Origin: Pseudomonadota bacterium
Lineage (GTDB): Bacteria; Myxococcota_A; UBA796; SXON01
DNA: 36,990 nucleotides
Reading direction: 5' to 3'
NCBI GenBank assembly: GCA_005776735.1
Contig: SXOM01000024.1
Span: 1-36,990 of the forward strand
Positions 15,984 through 24,488 of this stretch are shown piece by piece. The stretch's first letter is position 1. Each line of letters opens with the position of its first letter. Under the pieces are notes generated by a model that worked only from the letters and a program-made list of their open reading frames with translations, had not been told where the DNA came from and did no database searches. The translations under genes and the position numbers were made by a program.

Positions 15984-17581
15984 GACGCCCTCCGGGCGGC
16001 GCGGCGCCGCAACCACGCCTGCCGGGCGGCGCCGCCGGCCAACAAGACGGCGGGCCCCAGGAGCAGGTTGAACGCCCGCCACGCCCCACGCTCGGCGGGG
16101 GTGGTGGCGCGGAGGCTCGCGACCGTCGCGTTCTTGCTGCGGATGCCGATGAGGGCCTCGTCCTGGATGAGCCAGTCGGCCAGGTTCAGCACGAAGGTCG
16201 GGTTGTTGGCGACGAGGTCGGCGCTGGCCGCGACGAAGAGCCGCGTGGGCGCCCCTTCGACCACCAACGGCACGTCGTCCCCGAGGCCGTCCTGCTCGTC
16301 GGGGACGTCGTCGTCGGGCGGAGGGGCGGGCCGCGTCTCGTAGAAGCTGCGCCATGCGCCCTGCAACGCCACCGCCAACGCGAACGGCCCGCGCTTCTCG
16401 CCCTCGAGCACCCCCTCGAACTGGGCCGGGTCGAGCGAAGGCACCGCGCCGACCGCGCCCGACGAGGGCGAAGTACGCGCCAGGACCTCGGCGCGGACCC
16501 CCTCGGGCAGCGGCTCGGCCAGCTCGATCGACGACGCAAACGGCGCCACGAGGTTCTCGATCCCCGCGGTGAGCACGCTGTCGTCGCTCAGATCGGTGGC
16601 CTTCACGATGAGCGGGAAGTTGATCTCCCGGCTCCCGGTCTTGGCCCCGACCCGCACCGGGAAGCGCATGGCGCCGTTCTGCACCCGGTCGAGCACCACG
16701 TCGCGGTTGGCCTTCACGCCGTACGCGCCGAGGAGCGGCTCGAGCCCGCTGTTGACGCGCTCGGTGCGGAGCGTACGCATGTCGGGGCGGGTGTGGGTGA
16801 GGAAGAACGCGGCGGCGCCGCCCCGCATCACAAACTGGTCGATCTGGTAGAGCGCGCGCTCCGGCAGGGCCTCCTGGGGGCCGATGATCATCAGCGCGTC
16901 GACCTCCTCGGCGAGCTGGCCTTCGCCCCCGAGCTCGACCGGCACCAGCCACGCTTTGCGCCCCAAGCCCTCGACGAGCGCGCGCATCGGCCCCTCCGGC
17001 TTGGCGAGGTCTGGTTCGCCGTGGCCGATGGAGTAGGCGATGACCTTGCGGTCCTCGGCCTTCTGCGCGAGCCGGTGGATCGCCGACACCACGTCGTACT
17101 CCAGCGTGGCGAGGTTGGTGAGCGCCGGCAGGACCTCGACGCGGTCGCCGTACAGGACCGCCGCGCCCATCCACACCGAGCGCAGCTCGGCGCGGTCCTC
17201 CTTGCGGACGGTGTACTGGAGCGGCGCGAGCCCGAACTTCGCCGCCTCTTCCGCCACCGCGGGGTCGGCGCCGGGATCGGCGAAGCGGACCTGCATCTTG
17301 CCGCCCGCGTAGGCGACGAGCTCGCCGAGCTTGTCCTTCACCGCCTGCTCGTGGTTGTGGTACGGCGCTTCGAGCCCGGGCGTGAAGTACACGCGGACCG
17401 TGAGCGGCCGCTCGAGGCGGCCGACGATGCCCTTGGACGCCTCGTCCAGGCTGTGCAGGCGGTCCCGACTCAGGTCCAACCGGAAGAAGTGCTGATCGAC
17501 GAGGAGGTTGAACAGGACCACGATGACGACCGTGAGCGCCATCTGGAGCGTGGCGTTCCCGAGGAGGCGGCGCGGGGTCAC
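15980..17581 (-). CDS. GldG-like ABC-transporter auxiliary component (ABC_transp_aux family)
   Basis: GTG 17581 in ORF 15980..18238 (GTGA overlap). N-terminal TM segment, then FFRLDLSRDRLHSLDEASKGIVGRLERPLTVRVYF..., ...VIAYSIGHGEPDL..., and a C-terminal TM segment plus an Arg-rich tail. Confidence 0.75.
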   Translation of the reverse strand: MTPRRLLGNATLQMALTVVIVVLFNLLVDQHFFRLDLSRDRLHSLDEASKGIVGRLERPLTVRVYFTPGLEAPYHNHEQAVKDKLGELVAYAGGKMQVRFADPGADPAVAEEAAKFGLAPLQYTVRKEDRAELRSVWMGAAVLYGDRVEVLPALTNLATLEYDVVSAIHRLAQKAEDRKVIAYSIGHGEPDLAKPEGPMRALVEGLGRKAWLVPVELGGEGQLAEEVDALMIIGPQEALPERALYQIDQFVMRGGAAAFFLTHTRPDMRTLRTERVNSGLEPLLGAYGVKANRDVVLDRVQNGAMRFPVRVGAKTGSREINFPLIVKATDLSDDSVLTAGIENLVAPFASSIELAEPLPEGVRAEVLARTSPSSGAVGAVPSLDPAQFEGVLEGEKRGPFALAVALQGAWRSFYETRPAPPPDDDVPDEQDGLGDDVPLVVEGAPTRLFVAASADLVANNPTFVLNLADWLIQDEALIGIRSKNATVASLRATTPAERGAWRAFNLLLGPAVLLAGGAARQAWLRRRAARRAS

Positions 17582-18348
17582 GCCCACCTCCGCCGCTCGA
17601 GCGCGTAGACCGCGGTGTGGAGCCCGATCGCGGCAAAGCTGGCGTAGAAGACCAGGTCGCGCGTGTCGAGGACGCCCCGCGCGAGGTTGTCGAAGTGGTG
17701 CTCCAACGACATGAACTGCGCCAGCGGTTGCAGCGCGAGCGGCACCCGATCCAGGAACATGCCCACGACGAACGGGAACAACGACACGACCAGGGCGCCC
17801 AGGAACGCCACGATCTGCGATTGGGTGAGCGCCGACACGCCGGTGCCCACGCCGGCGATGGCCGCGCCGAGCAGGAGGAGGCCCAGGTAGCCGCACGCGA
17901 CCGCGCCGAGGTCGAGGGTGCCTTCGTTCACCAGGCGCACGAGGAACGGCACGTCGGCGTCCGAGGCCGGCACCCCCAGGATCGCGATGGTGACGGGGTA
18001 CGCGAGGGTGCTGAGCACGCCCACGCTGATGAGCCCGACCGCCGCGAGGTACTTGCCGAGCACCAGCTCTTCTTCGCGGACGGGCAAGGTGGCGAGCAGC
18101 TCGATGCTGCCGGTACGGTACTCCTCGGCGAAGAGCCGCATCGTGACGGCGGGAACGAGGACGACCAGGAACAGGGCGCTCCAGAAGAACACCCCGCGCA
18201 TGGAGACCACGCCGGTCGCGAAAAGATCGTCGAACCACAGGGCGAATCCGCCGACGAGCACGACGTAGATCGGCACGATGACGTAGGCCAACGAGGAGTC
18301 GAAATACGCGCCGAGCTCACGGCGCGCGATGGCGAGGACGTTTCCCAC
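17578..18348 (-). CDS. ABC-2 type transporter permease (GldF-like)
   Basis: GTG 18348 in ORF 17578..20061. VGNVLAIARRELGAYFDSSLAYVIVPIYVVLVGGF... resembles the ABC-2/GldF N-terminus, followed by six hydrophobic segments. No ATPase gene is adjacent. Confidence 0.75.
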   Translation of the reverse strand: MGNVLAIARRELGAYFDSSLAYVIVPIYVVLVGGFALWFDDLFATGVVSMRGVFFWSALFLVVLVPAVTMRLFAEEYRTGSIELLATLPVREEELVLGKYLAAVGLISVGVLSTLAYPVTIAILGVPASDADVPFLVRLVNEGTLDLGAVACGYLGLLLLGAAIAGVGTGVSALTQSQIVAFLGALVVSLFPFVVGMFLDRVPLALQPLAQFMSLEHHFDNLARGVLDTRDLVFYASFAAIGLHTAVYALERRRWA

Positions 18349-18425
18349 GGTCCCCGCCGCTAACGTCGTGGGCGCCGCGCCGCGACCGTCCGCGTCGAGC
18401 GGCCGACCGTCCGCGCGGCGCAACA

Positions 18426-18727
18426 CCTCTCGAAGTTCGGCGTTGCCGCGCTCACCGACCTGAGCCGGTGCAGCAAGTCCCGCGCGGTTCGGCGTCCCCG
18501 TTGTGCCAGCCGCCGCCGCCGTCGTGCGGTTCGGTGACGCGGCGGGTGACGGGTCGGGTGGAATTGGCCGAGCGGAGCACAGGTTCGCTTGCGAACCTGT
18601 GGCGGAGCGAGCGCCAATTTCACCCGGCCCGGCAGGACCCGGGGGTGACTTCGTCCTGCAAACGCTCGTCGGAGAACGAGGCCCCGAGAGACGCCGACCC
18701 GCGCCCCGGGGCGCCGCGTCCTGCCCG
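18426..18727 (+). repeat. copy A of a ~300-nt GC-rich dispersed element; candidate structured RNA (polarity + here)
   Basis: Aligns by eye over its whole length with the reverse complement of 33722-34027. It has nested hairpins at 18555-18568/18613-18626, 18579-18587/18592-18600 and 18632-18638/18653-18659. It fills the divergent intergenic region between the genes starting at 18348 (-) and 18766 (+). Confidence 0.65.
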
Positions 18728-18765
18728 GCGCGCCGGCGCGCCCCCCGCCGCGCTACCTTCGCGGG

Positions 18766-20175
18766 GTGAAGGCCCGCCACCCGCTCGACCCGACGCCGCC
18801 GAAGCTGCTCTACCTGCTCGCGCTCATGTGGCACATGGCGTGGGCCGCCACCGTCCCCTCCCCCAGCGACTGGGACCCCGCCTACTACTTGTCGGTCGCA
18901 CGCCACATCGCGGCCGGGCACGGCGCCGTCTCCGACGCGGTCTGGAACCTCGGGTGGCTCCCGGACTCCCTCCGCCACCCGGCCGACCTGCACTGGATGC
19001 CGCTCCCGAGCCGCGTGCTCGTCCCGTTCGTGGCGCTCGCGGCGGACGACTGGGCCGCCGCACAGCTCGCCGCCGTGCTCCTCGCCGCCGGCTGGGCACC
19101 GCTGGCGTGGGCGTGGGCCGAACGCCTGGAGGCGCCCCTGCCCGCCCGCTGGGTCGCGGGAGCGTTGGGCGCCCTGGCCGGCGGCTACGTCCGCACCATC
19201 ACCACCCCCGATTCCATCGCGCTCTACGGCCTCCTGGGCGGCGCCGCGCTCCTCGCCGCCTCCCGCCGCTCGGCGGCCGCGCTGCCGCTGGTCGCGCTGG
19301 TCGCGCTGACCCGCGGCGACGGCTTCCTGCTCGGACTGGCGTGTGCGCTCGCCTGGCCGCGCCCACGCGAAGCGCTCACCATCGCGAGCGCCGGCATCTT
19401 CGCGACGTTGGCGTGGTACCTGCGCGGCTGGCTGCTCGCCGGTGAAGGGTGGCTCGCGCTCCGCGAGCGCGCCGCGACGAGCACCTCGCTCGGGCAGGTC
19501 CTGTCGGTGGCGCCGGTCCCGGCGCCGAGCTGGGTCGAACGCGGGCAGTTCCTCGTGGGCGAAGTGCCGACCATCCTCACGGTGGCGCTCATCGTCGGCG
19601 GGGGCGTGCTCGTGTGGCCGGCGGCGTGGGCGCTGGTGCAGCGCCGCGGCGACCGCGGCCTGTGGCCGGTCGCCGCCTACGCGGTCGGCTTCCCGGTGGT
19701 GATCCACCTGCTCGCCCCGGCCATCGCCGCGGAAGGCTCGGTCTACCGCAGCGGGGCGGCGCTCTTCACGCCGCTGGCGGCGCTGGCGGCGGTGGGCGCC
19801 GCCACCGTGACGCGGCGGTACCACCCGGCCTTCCTGCCGGGGCTGCTGCTCGCCGCCGCGCTCGTGTCGGGGGTGCTCATCGGGCGCCAGTACCAGCGTG
19901 TGCTCACCCAGCTCGGCGCCGACTGCGACGCGCTCGCGGAGGTACCGGCGGGCGCGGCGGTGCTGTCGTACGACCCGATCGGGGTCGAAGCCCGCTGCGG
20001 CCACCCGGGCGTGATCATGGCGCGCGGGGCCCCGCTCGACGGGCTCGTGGAGCGGTACCACCTTCAGTGGGCGCTGGTGGCGCCCCCCGACTACGACAAC
20101 GGCACGGTGCGGGCCCAGGACTGGACCCTGGCGGGCTGGGAGCCGGTCAACGACCGCGTGTACCGCCGCCGCTGA
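18766..20175 (+). CDS. GT-C fold polytopic membrane glycosyltransferase (ArnT/PMT-like)
   Basis: ORF 18766..20175 (GTG). Many TM helices. The first-loop motif ...PSPSDWDPAYYLSVARHIAAGHG... is typical of the GT39/GT83-like families. The C-terminal soluble domain is not recognised. Confidence 0.55.
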   Translation: MKARHPLDPTPPKLLYLLALMWHMAWAATVPSPSDWDPAYYLSVARHIAAGHGAVSDAVWNLGWLPDSLRHPADLHWMPLPSRVLVPFVALAADDWAAAQLAAVLLAAGWAPLAWAWAERLEAPLPARWVAGALGALAGGYVRTITTPDSIALYGLLGGAALLAASRRSAAALPLVALVALTRGDGFLLGLACALAWPRPREALTIASAGIFATLAWYLRGWLLAGEGWLALRERAATSTSLGQVLSVAPVPAPSWVERGQFLVGEVPTILTVALIVGGGVLVWPAAWALVQRRGDRGLWPVAAYAVGFPVVIHLLAPAIAAEGSVYRSGAALFTPLAALAAVGAATVTRRYHPAFLPGLLLAAALVSGVLIGRQYQRVLTQLGADCDALAEVPAGAAVLSYDPIGVEARCGHPGVIMARGAPLDGLVERYHLQWALVAPPDYDNGTVRAQDWTLAGWEPVNDRVYRRR

Positions 20176-20201
20176 GGCGCCGTCGACCCGCGCGCGCGGC
20201 G

Positions 20202-20230
20202 CCGTCCCGCCTCGGCGCGCTTCGGGACGG
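20202..20230. terminator. hairpin between convergent genes
   Basis: CCGTCCCG - 13 nt - CGGGACGG between the stop at 20175 (+) and the stop at 20260 (-). No T-tract. Confidence 0.3.
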
Positions 20231-20259
20231 GCCGCAGGCGCCGCCCGGTCCGGTGGCCT

Positions 20260-21897
20260 TCAGGACTCGGATGCGGGGGCTTCGTCGAGCTCTTCCCGCC
20301 ACCGCCGGCTCCGGCCCACCTCGGCGGTATAGGCGATCACCTCGGCTTCGCGCCGCGCGTCGGACCAGCCGAGCAGGACCTGCATCCGGCGGGCCACGAT
20401 CGGCGCGGCGGTGAGGCCCTGGTGAAAGTCGCGGAAGTAGAGCTGCGTACGCCGGATGAGCACGTCGCCGACGGTGCGGGCGTGCTCGCGACGCACCGCG
20501 TGGTCGACCTGGGCCAGGCGCTCGGGGCGGTCGGGCACGAGCGGCTCGCCGAGCGTCGGGTCGGCGGCGACGAGCTGGGCGACGTCGACCGCGCGCGTGC
20601 CGTAGGTCGCGACCAGGTTGGCGACGACCACGTCGTCCATCGGCGCGGCGGCGCGGACCAACGTCTCGACGCGGGATGCGTCGTCGTCTTCGGGCCAGCC
20701 GACCGCGCCGGGCAGGGCGTGGCGGGCCGTGTACGCCTCGGAGAGCGGCTTCTGGAGCGCGCCGGTGAGCCGCAACATCGCCACCGCGCGGTCGACCACC
20801 TCGGCCCCCATCTTGCGGTAGGTGGTGAGCTTGCCGCCGGCGATGGTGATGAGCCCGTCGGCGTCGACGAGGATCTCGTGTTCGCGGCTCACGCTCGACG
20901 CGGTGCCGCCCCCGGAGATGAGGGGCCGCAAGCCCGCCCAGGTGGCGACGATGTCGGCGGTGCCGAGGCGCGCGCCGGGGAAGTACCGGCCCATGCACGC
21001 CAGGAGGTAGTGCACGTCGGCCGCGGTGCACGCGACGTCGGCGGGGTCGCCTTCGTAGTCGGTGTCGGTGGTGCCGATGTAGCTGCGATCGCCCCACGGG
21101 ATCGCGAAGAGTACGCGGCGGTCGTCGGGGTGACTGCACACGACCGCGTGGCGGAGGGGCAGCCGCTCGCGATCGACCACCAGGTGCACGCCCTTGGTGG
21201 TGCGGAGGACCGGCGGCTTGTCGGTGCCCGCCGAGCGTACCCGGTCGGTCCACGGGCCGGTCGCGTTGACGACCGCGTGGGCCTCGAGGTCGACCTCCTC
21301 GCCGGTGTGGACGTCGCGAACGCGCGCGCCCACCACGCGGCCGTTCGTGTCGCGCAGCAGCGACTCGACCCGCGTCCACGTGTGGAGCTCGGCGCCGCGC
21401 GCTTCGGCGTCGAGCGCCGTCTCCAGCGTCAGGCGGGCGTCGTCGGTCGCGCAGTCGTAGTACAACGGGGCGCCGCGCAGACCGTCGCGGGCGAGGCTCG
21501 GCTCTTCCTCCGCGGCCTGGCGTGCGGTGAGGTTCTTGTGGATCTTCGGGGAGCGGAACAGGGACAACCCGTCGTAGAGCCACATGCCGATGTTCAGGGT
21601 GAACGGGCCGAACTTCGCCTGCTTGTACACCGGGAACAGGAAACCGAGGGGGTTGACGAGGTGCGGCGCGATCTCCATCAGGACCCGACGTTCGCTCACC
21701 GCTTCGAAGACCAGCGAGAACTCGCCCTGTTCGAGGTACCGGAGTCCCCCGTGGACCAGCTTGGAGCTGCGCGAGCTCGTGCCGCTGGCGAGGTCGGCCT
21801 GCTCGACCAGGGCCACCTTGAGGCCGCGCATCGCCGCGTCGCGCGCCGCACCGGCCCCGACGATCCCGCCGCCGATGATGAGGATGTCGTAGGCCAT
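20260..21897 (-). CDS. glpD: FAD-dependent glycerol-3-phosphate dehydrogenase
   Basis: ATG 21897 in ORF 20260..22245. MAYDILIIGGGIVGAGAARDAAMRGLKVALVEQADLASGTSSRSSKLVHGGLRYLEQGEF... is collinear with E. coli GlpD as I recall it. Confidence 0.92.
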   Translation of the reverse strand: MAYDILIIGGGIVGAGAARDAAMRGLKVALVEQADLASGTSSRSSKLVHGGLRYLEQGEFSLVFEAVSERRVLMEIAPHLVNPLGFLFPVYKQAKFGPFTLNIGMWLYDGLSLFRSPKIHKNLTARQAAEEEPSLARDGLRGAPLYYDCATDDARLTLETALDAEARGAELHTWTRVESLLRDTNGRVVGARVRDVHTGEEVDLEAHAVVNATGPWTDRVRSAGTDKPPVLRTTKGVHLVVDRERLPLRHAVVCSHPDDRRVLFAIPWGDRSYIGTTDTDYEGDPADVACTAADVHYLLACMGRYFPGARLGTADIVATWAGLRPLISGGGTASSVSREHEILVDADGLITIAGGKLTTYRKMGAEVVDRAVAMLRLTGALQKPLSEAYTARHALPGAVGWPEDDDASRVETLVRAAAPMDDVVVANLVATYGTRAVDVAQLVAADPTLGEPLVPDRPERLAQVDHAVRREHARTVGDVLIRRTQLYFRDFHQGLTAAPIVARRMQVLLGWSDARREAEVIAYTAEVGRSRRWREELDEAPASES

Positions 21898-21952
21898 GAT
21901 GGAGTCTCCGGCGCCCGCGCCGGATAACGCGGGAGGCAGACCCGAGTGCCCC

Positions 21953-22384
21953 ATGTTCCTGTTCTTCCTGGCCGCGTGCGAGGCCGTCTCCGACACCGCG
22001 GACACCGACACCGCCGAGGTCGCCGAGGCGCCCGCGGTCGACTGGTTGGCCCCCGCCGAGGGGGCCGACGTGCTCCCCGAGGTCGACTGCTCGCTGGTGG
22101 TCACCGACTTCACCTTCGTCGATCTCGCCAAGCACGGCGAAGGGGAGGCTTCCGGCTTCCTTCGTGTGCGCGTCGACGACGTGGACGCGGGCGACTTCGA
22201 CAGCACCACGTTCACGTTGAGCGCGCTCGCCACCGGTGCGCACACGCTCTCGGCCCAGCTCTACTACGAGGACGGCGACGCCGTGCAGGTGGCCGACGGC
22301 CTGCTGTGCGACGAGGACGCCGAGGGCTGCGCGCCGGTCACCGCCAGCGTGGCCGTGACCGTGGTGGTGACCGCGGGCGGGTGA
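21953..22384 (+). CDS. small lipoprotein, hypothetical (beta-sandwich-like)
   Basis: ATG 21953 in ORF 21896..22384, with GGGAGG upstream. Lipobox FLAAC followed by an Asp/Thr-rich linker (SDTADTDTAEVAE). Confidence 0.6.
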   Translation: MFLFFLAACEAVSDTADTDTAEVAEAPAVDWLAPAEGADVLPEVDCSLVVTDFTFVDLAKHGEGEASGFLRVRVDDVDAGDFDSTTFTLSALATGAHTLSAQLYYEDGDAVQVADGLLCDEDAEGCAPVTASVAVTVVVTAGG

Positions 22385-22580
22385 TCGGCGTCGGCCTCAA
22401 GCTGCGGCCCGATCGACCGAAGCAGGGGGCATGCCACCGGTCACCCTCCTGCGCACCCCCGCCGCCGAGCCGCCCCCGCTCGCACCCGCCAACCGCCCGT
22501 TCCCGCCGGGCCCGCCCGCCGGGCGCCCGACCACGCCGCGCGCGGCGTTGTGGGTGCTCCTGCGCGCGATGCACTGACCC

Positions 22581-24488
22581 TCAGGACTCGGCGAGCACCA
22601 CGAGCTTGTCGCCCTCGTCGAACCGCACCTTCTGGCGCTTGTCGGGGTTGACCACCACCCCGTAGTGCGCGGAAGCGTCGCGCTCCTGCGCCGCCCGCTT
22701 GTAGCCCAGCGCCACCTGGCCGCGGCGGCGCGCCGCTTCGGTGACCGTGTAGAAGTCGACCTCGACGCCGAGGCGCACGTAGTCGCGGGCCGGCTTGACG
22801 TAGAGCTCGCTGCCGTCTGCGTCGAAGAGATCCTCGAAGACCGGCACCAGCTCCTTGTTCTCGGCGAGCTGCGCCAGGAGCAAGCTCACGAGCCGCTCGC
22901 TGACGATGAAGTCGTCGGCGCGCGTGACCTCGGCCAGCTCCCGGTTGCGGGCGTCGAGCATCTCGCTCACGATGGCGAAGTCCTTGTGCGCCTTCTCGGC
23001 CATGTCGCGCAGGTGCAAGAGCGTGATGAGGACGCGGGAGTCGGACTTCTGGGGATCGACCCCCTCGGCGCACAGGACCAGGATGTGGTCGTAGTCCGCC
23101 ACCCCCAGGGCCTCGAGCTGCGCGCGCGAGGTGGGCTCGCCCTGGTGCCACCGGAGCTCCTGGTTGGTCAACAAGCTGCGGAGGCTGGGCGCATCCGCTT
23201 CGTCTTCGTCGATCGGGGCGACCACCGTGACCAACGACCCCGGCGCGACGTAGGCGTCGAGGCCCTCCACGATGCGGGGCGCGCGCCAGTTCCACCCGAG
23301 CAGCAGCGTGCGCTCGGGCGCGGGGAGCGACGCGGGCGCGGCGACGATGGCGCCCTCGTCGACGGGCGGGGCATCGGGGCCGAGCACGATGGTGTCGTCG
23401 TCTTCGGAGACCGCGACGATCCGGTCGCCCACGCCGACGAGCGTGCCCATCGGCGGGTTGAGCAGCACCGTGCCGTCGGCGCGGCGCAGGCCGAGCACGA
23501 CGCTGTCGGCGTAGGCCGACAGCGTGTCGCCGAACGTGCGCCCGGCGAGGCGGGGCTCCTCCTTGAAGTAGATCTCGGCGCCACCGAAGTCCAAGAGCTC
23601 GGTGTGCACGACGGACAGGCCCGACTGCCGGCACGTCTGCACCGTGATGCGGCTGATGAGGTCGCCAGCGAGGACGATGTGCGCCTCGTCGCGCCCGACC
23701 AGGCGCGCGGCTTCGAGGTTCTCGGGCTCCTGCACCACGGCGACGATGTGGTACGGCTCCTTCCGCCGGCCCGGCCCGTTGGTGATCGCGAGGATGGTCT
23801 TGATGACGTCGGCGTCGGGGTCGTCGCCCTCGGGGGAGAGCACGAGGACCGCCTTGGTGGTCTGCACCCGCACCATGTCGAGGTCGGCGAGGTCCATCGG
23901 CGAGCCGGACCGGCACACGATGCGCGTGGTGCGCCGCTCGGGGAGCCGCTCGCGCAGCGCGTCCTCCATCTCGACCTTGTCGGCGGTCGCGAGGATGACC
24001 ACGCACGCCGACTCCTGGTTGGCCGCGGCTTCGATGAGCTCGGACACCACCGTGAACACCTGCGGCGACCACCCGAGGATCAGGGTGTGGCCCGACTCGA
24101 CCACCTTGGACCGGCCCTTGCGCAGCTCGTCCAGGCGCGCTTCGACACCGGCGTTGATGACGCCGATGAGCGTGGACACCACGAAGATGCCGAAGAGCGT
24201 GACCACGAGGCCCACGGCCCGGTACAGCCACCCCGCGCCGTCGCCGCCGACCGCGCCCGCGTCCATCGTGCGCATCAGGCCGTACCAGACCGCGTCGGGG
24301 AGCGACATGCCGTCGTCGCCGTCGGCGTTGAGGCCGGTCGCGACGAGCAAGCCCGCCACCAGCCCGATGACCACGGCGCTGGCGAGGCCCAAGAGCCCGA
24401 TCATCGCCGGCGTGCCCCGCGCCATCAGGTTGTCGAAGGCGTAGCGCGCGCGCTCGCCGAAGGTGGGCTCGTCGGGATCCATGCTCAC
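22581..24488 (-). CDS. CASTOR/POLLUX-related putative cation channel with two RCK/TrkA-N-like domains
   Basis: ORF 22581..24488. It has TM helices and a pore-loop-like ...WYGLMRTMDAGAVGG... (compare the A-D-A/S-G filter of CASTOR/POLLUX). Two Rossmann-like modules follow: GHTLILGWSPQVFTVVSELIEA and RTLLLGWNWRAPRIVEGLDAYV. ATGA overlap with the deoB stop. Confidence 0.72.
   Translation of the reverse strand: MSMDPDEPTFGERARYAFDNLMARGTPAMIGLLGLASAVVIGLVAGLLVATGLNADGDDGMSLPDAVWYGLMRTMDAGAVGGDGAGWLYRAVGLVVTLFGIFVVSTLIGVINAGVEARLDELRKGRSKVVESGHTLILGWSPQVFTVVSELIEAAANQESACVVILATADKVEMEDALRERLPERRTTRIVCRSGSPMDLADLDMVRVQTTKAVLVLSPEGDDPDADVIKTILAITNGPGRRKEPYHIVAVVQEPENLEAARLVGRDEAHIVLAGDLISRITVQTCRQSGLSVVHTELLDFGGAEIYFKEEPRLAGRTFGDTLSAYADSVVLGLRRADGTVLLNPPMGTLVGVGDRIVAVSEDDDTIVLGPDAPPVDEGAIVAAPASLPAPERTLLLGWNWRAPRIVEGLDAYVAPGSLVTVVAPIDEDEADAPSLRSLLTNQELRWHQGEPTSRAQLEALGVADYDHILVLCAEGVDPQKSDSRVLITLLHLRDMAEKAHKDFAIVSEMLDARNRELAEVTRADDFIVSERLVSLLLAQLAENKELVPVFEDLFDADGSELYVKPARDYVRLGVEVDFYTVTEAARRRGQVALGYKRAAQERDASAHYGVVVNPDKRQKVRFDEGDKLVVLAES

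Noticed and set aside
18349-18450. Minus-strand reading …AELREVLRRADGRPL… upstream of the permease as a possible relic of an ABC ATPase C-terminus
   Set aside because: The match is too short and weak, has no Walker or signature motifs, and partly overlaps the repeat element.
18555-18627. tRNA-like look of GGCCGAGCGG within a long acceptor-like stem
   Set aside because: There is no T-arm (GGTTCGAATCC-type) sequence, no cloverleaf geometry, and the stem is 14 bp. It is not a tRNA or a tRNA-derived att site.
18468-18730. Similar peptides (…GSVTRRVTGRVELAERS.GSLAN..RSERQF.PARQDP…) encoded by ORFs inside both repeat copies (18468..19445 + and 33658..33987 -)
   Set aside because: The similarity only reflects nucleotide identity. 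Differences are not biased to synonymous sites, the composition is shadow-like, and the ORF at copy A runs into the GT-C gene in another frame. RNA- or DNA-level function is more plausible.
17582-20061. Long N-terminal extensions of track ORFs (for example 17578..20061 -, 14646..17636 -, 15980..18238 -, 26963..30334 +, 30510..32303 +, 3036..5393 +)
   Set aside because: The upstream parts are Arg/Pro/Gly-rich and overlap better genes. In each case an internal start gives a signal peptide or family-typical N-terminus and a 4-nt overlap with the preceding stop.
22431-22577. 48-aa Pro-rich ORF (MPPVTLLRTPAAEPPPLAPANRPF…) in the convergent gap between the lipoprotein and channel genes
   Set aside because: The composition is low-complexity Pro/Ala, there is no convincing ribosome-binding spacing, and it lies between two gene 3' ends. 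It is probably non-coding.
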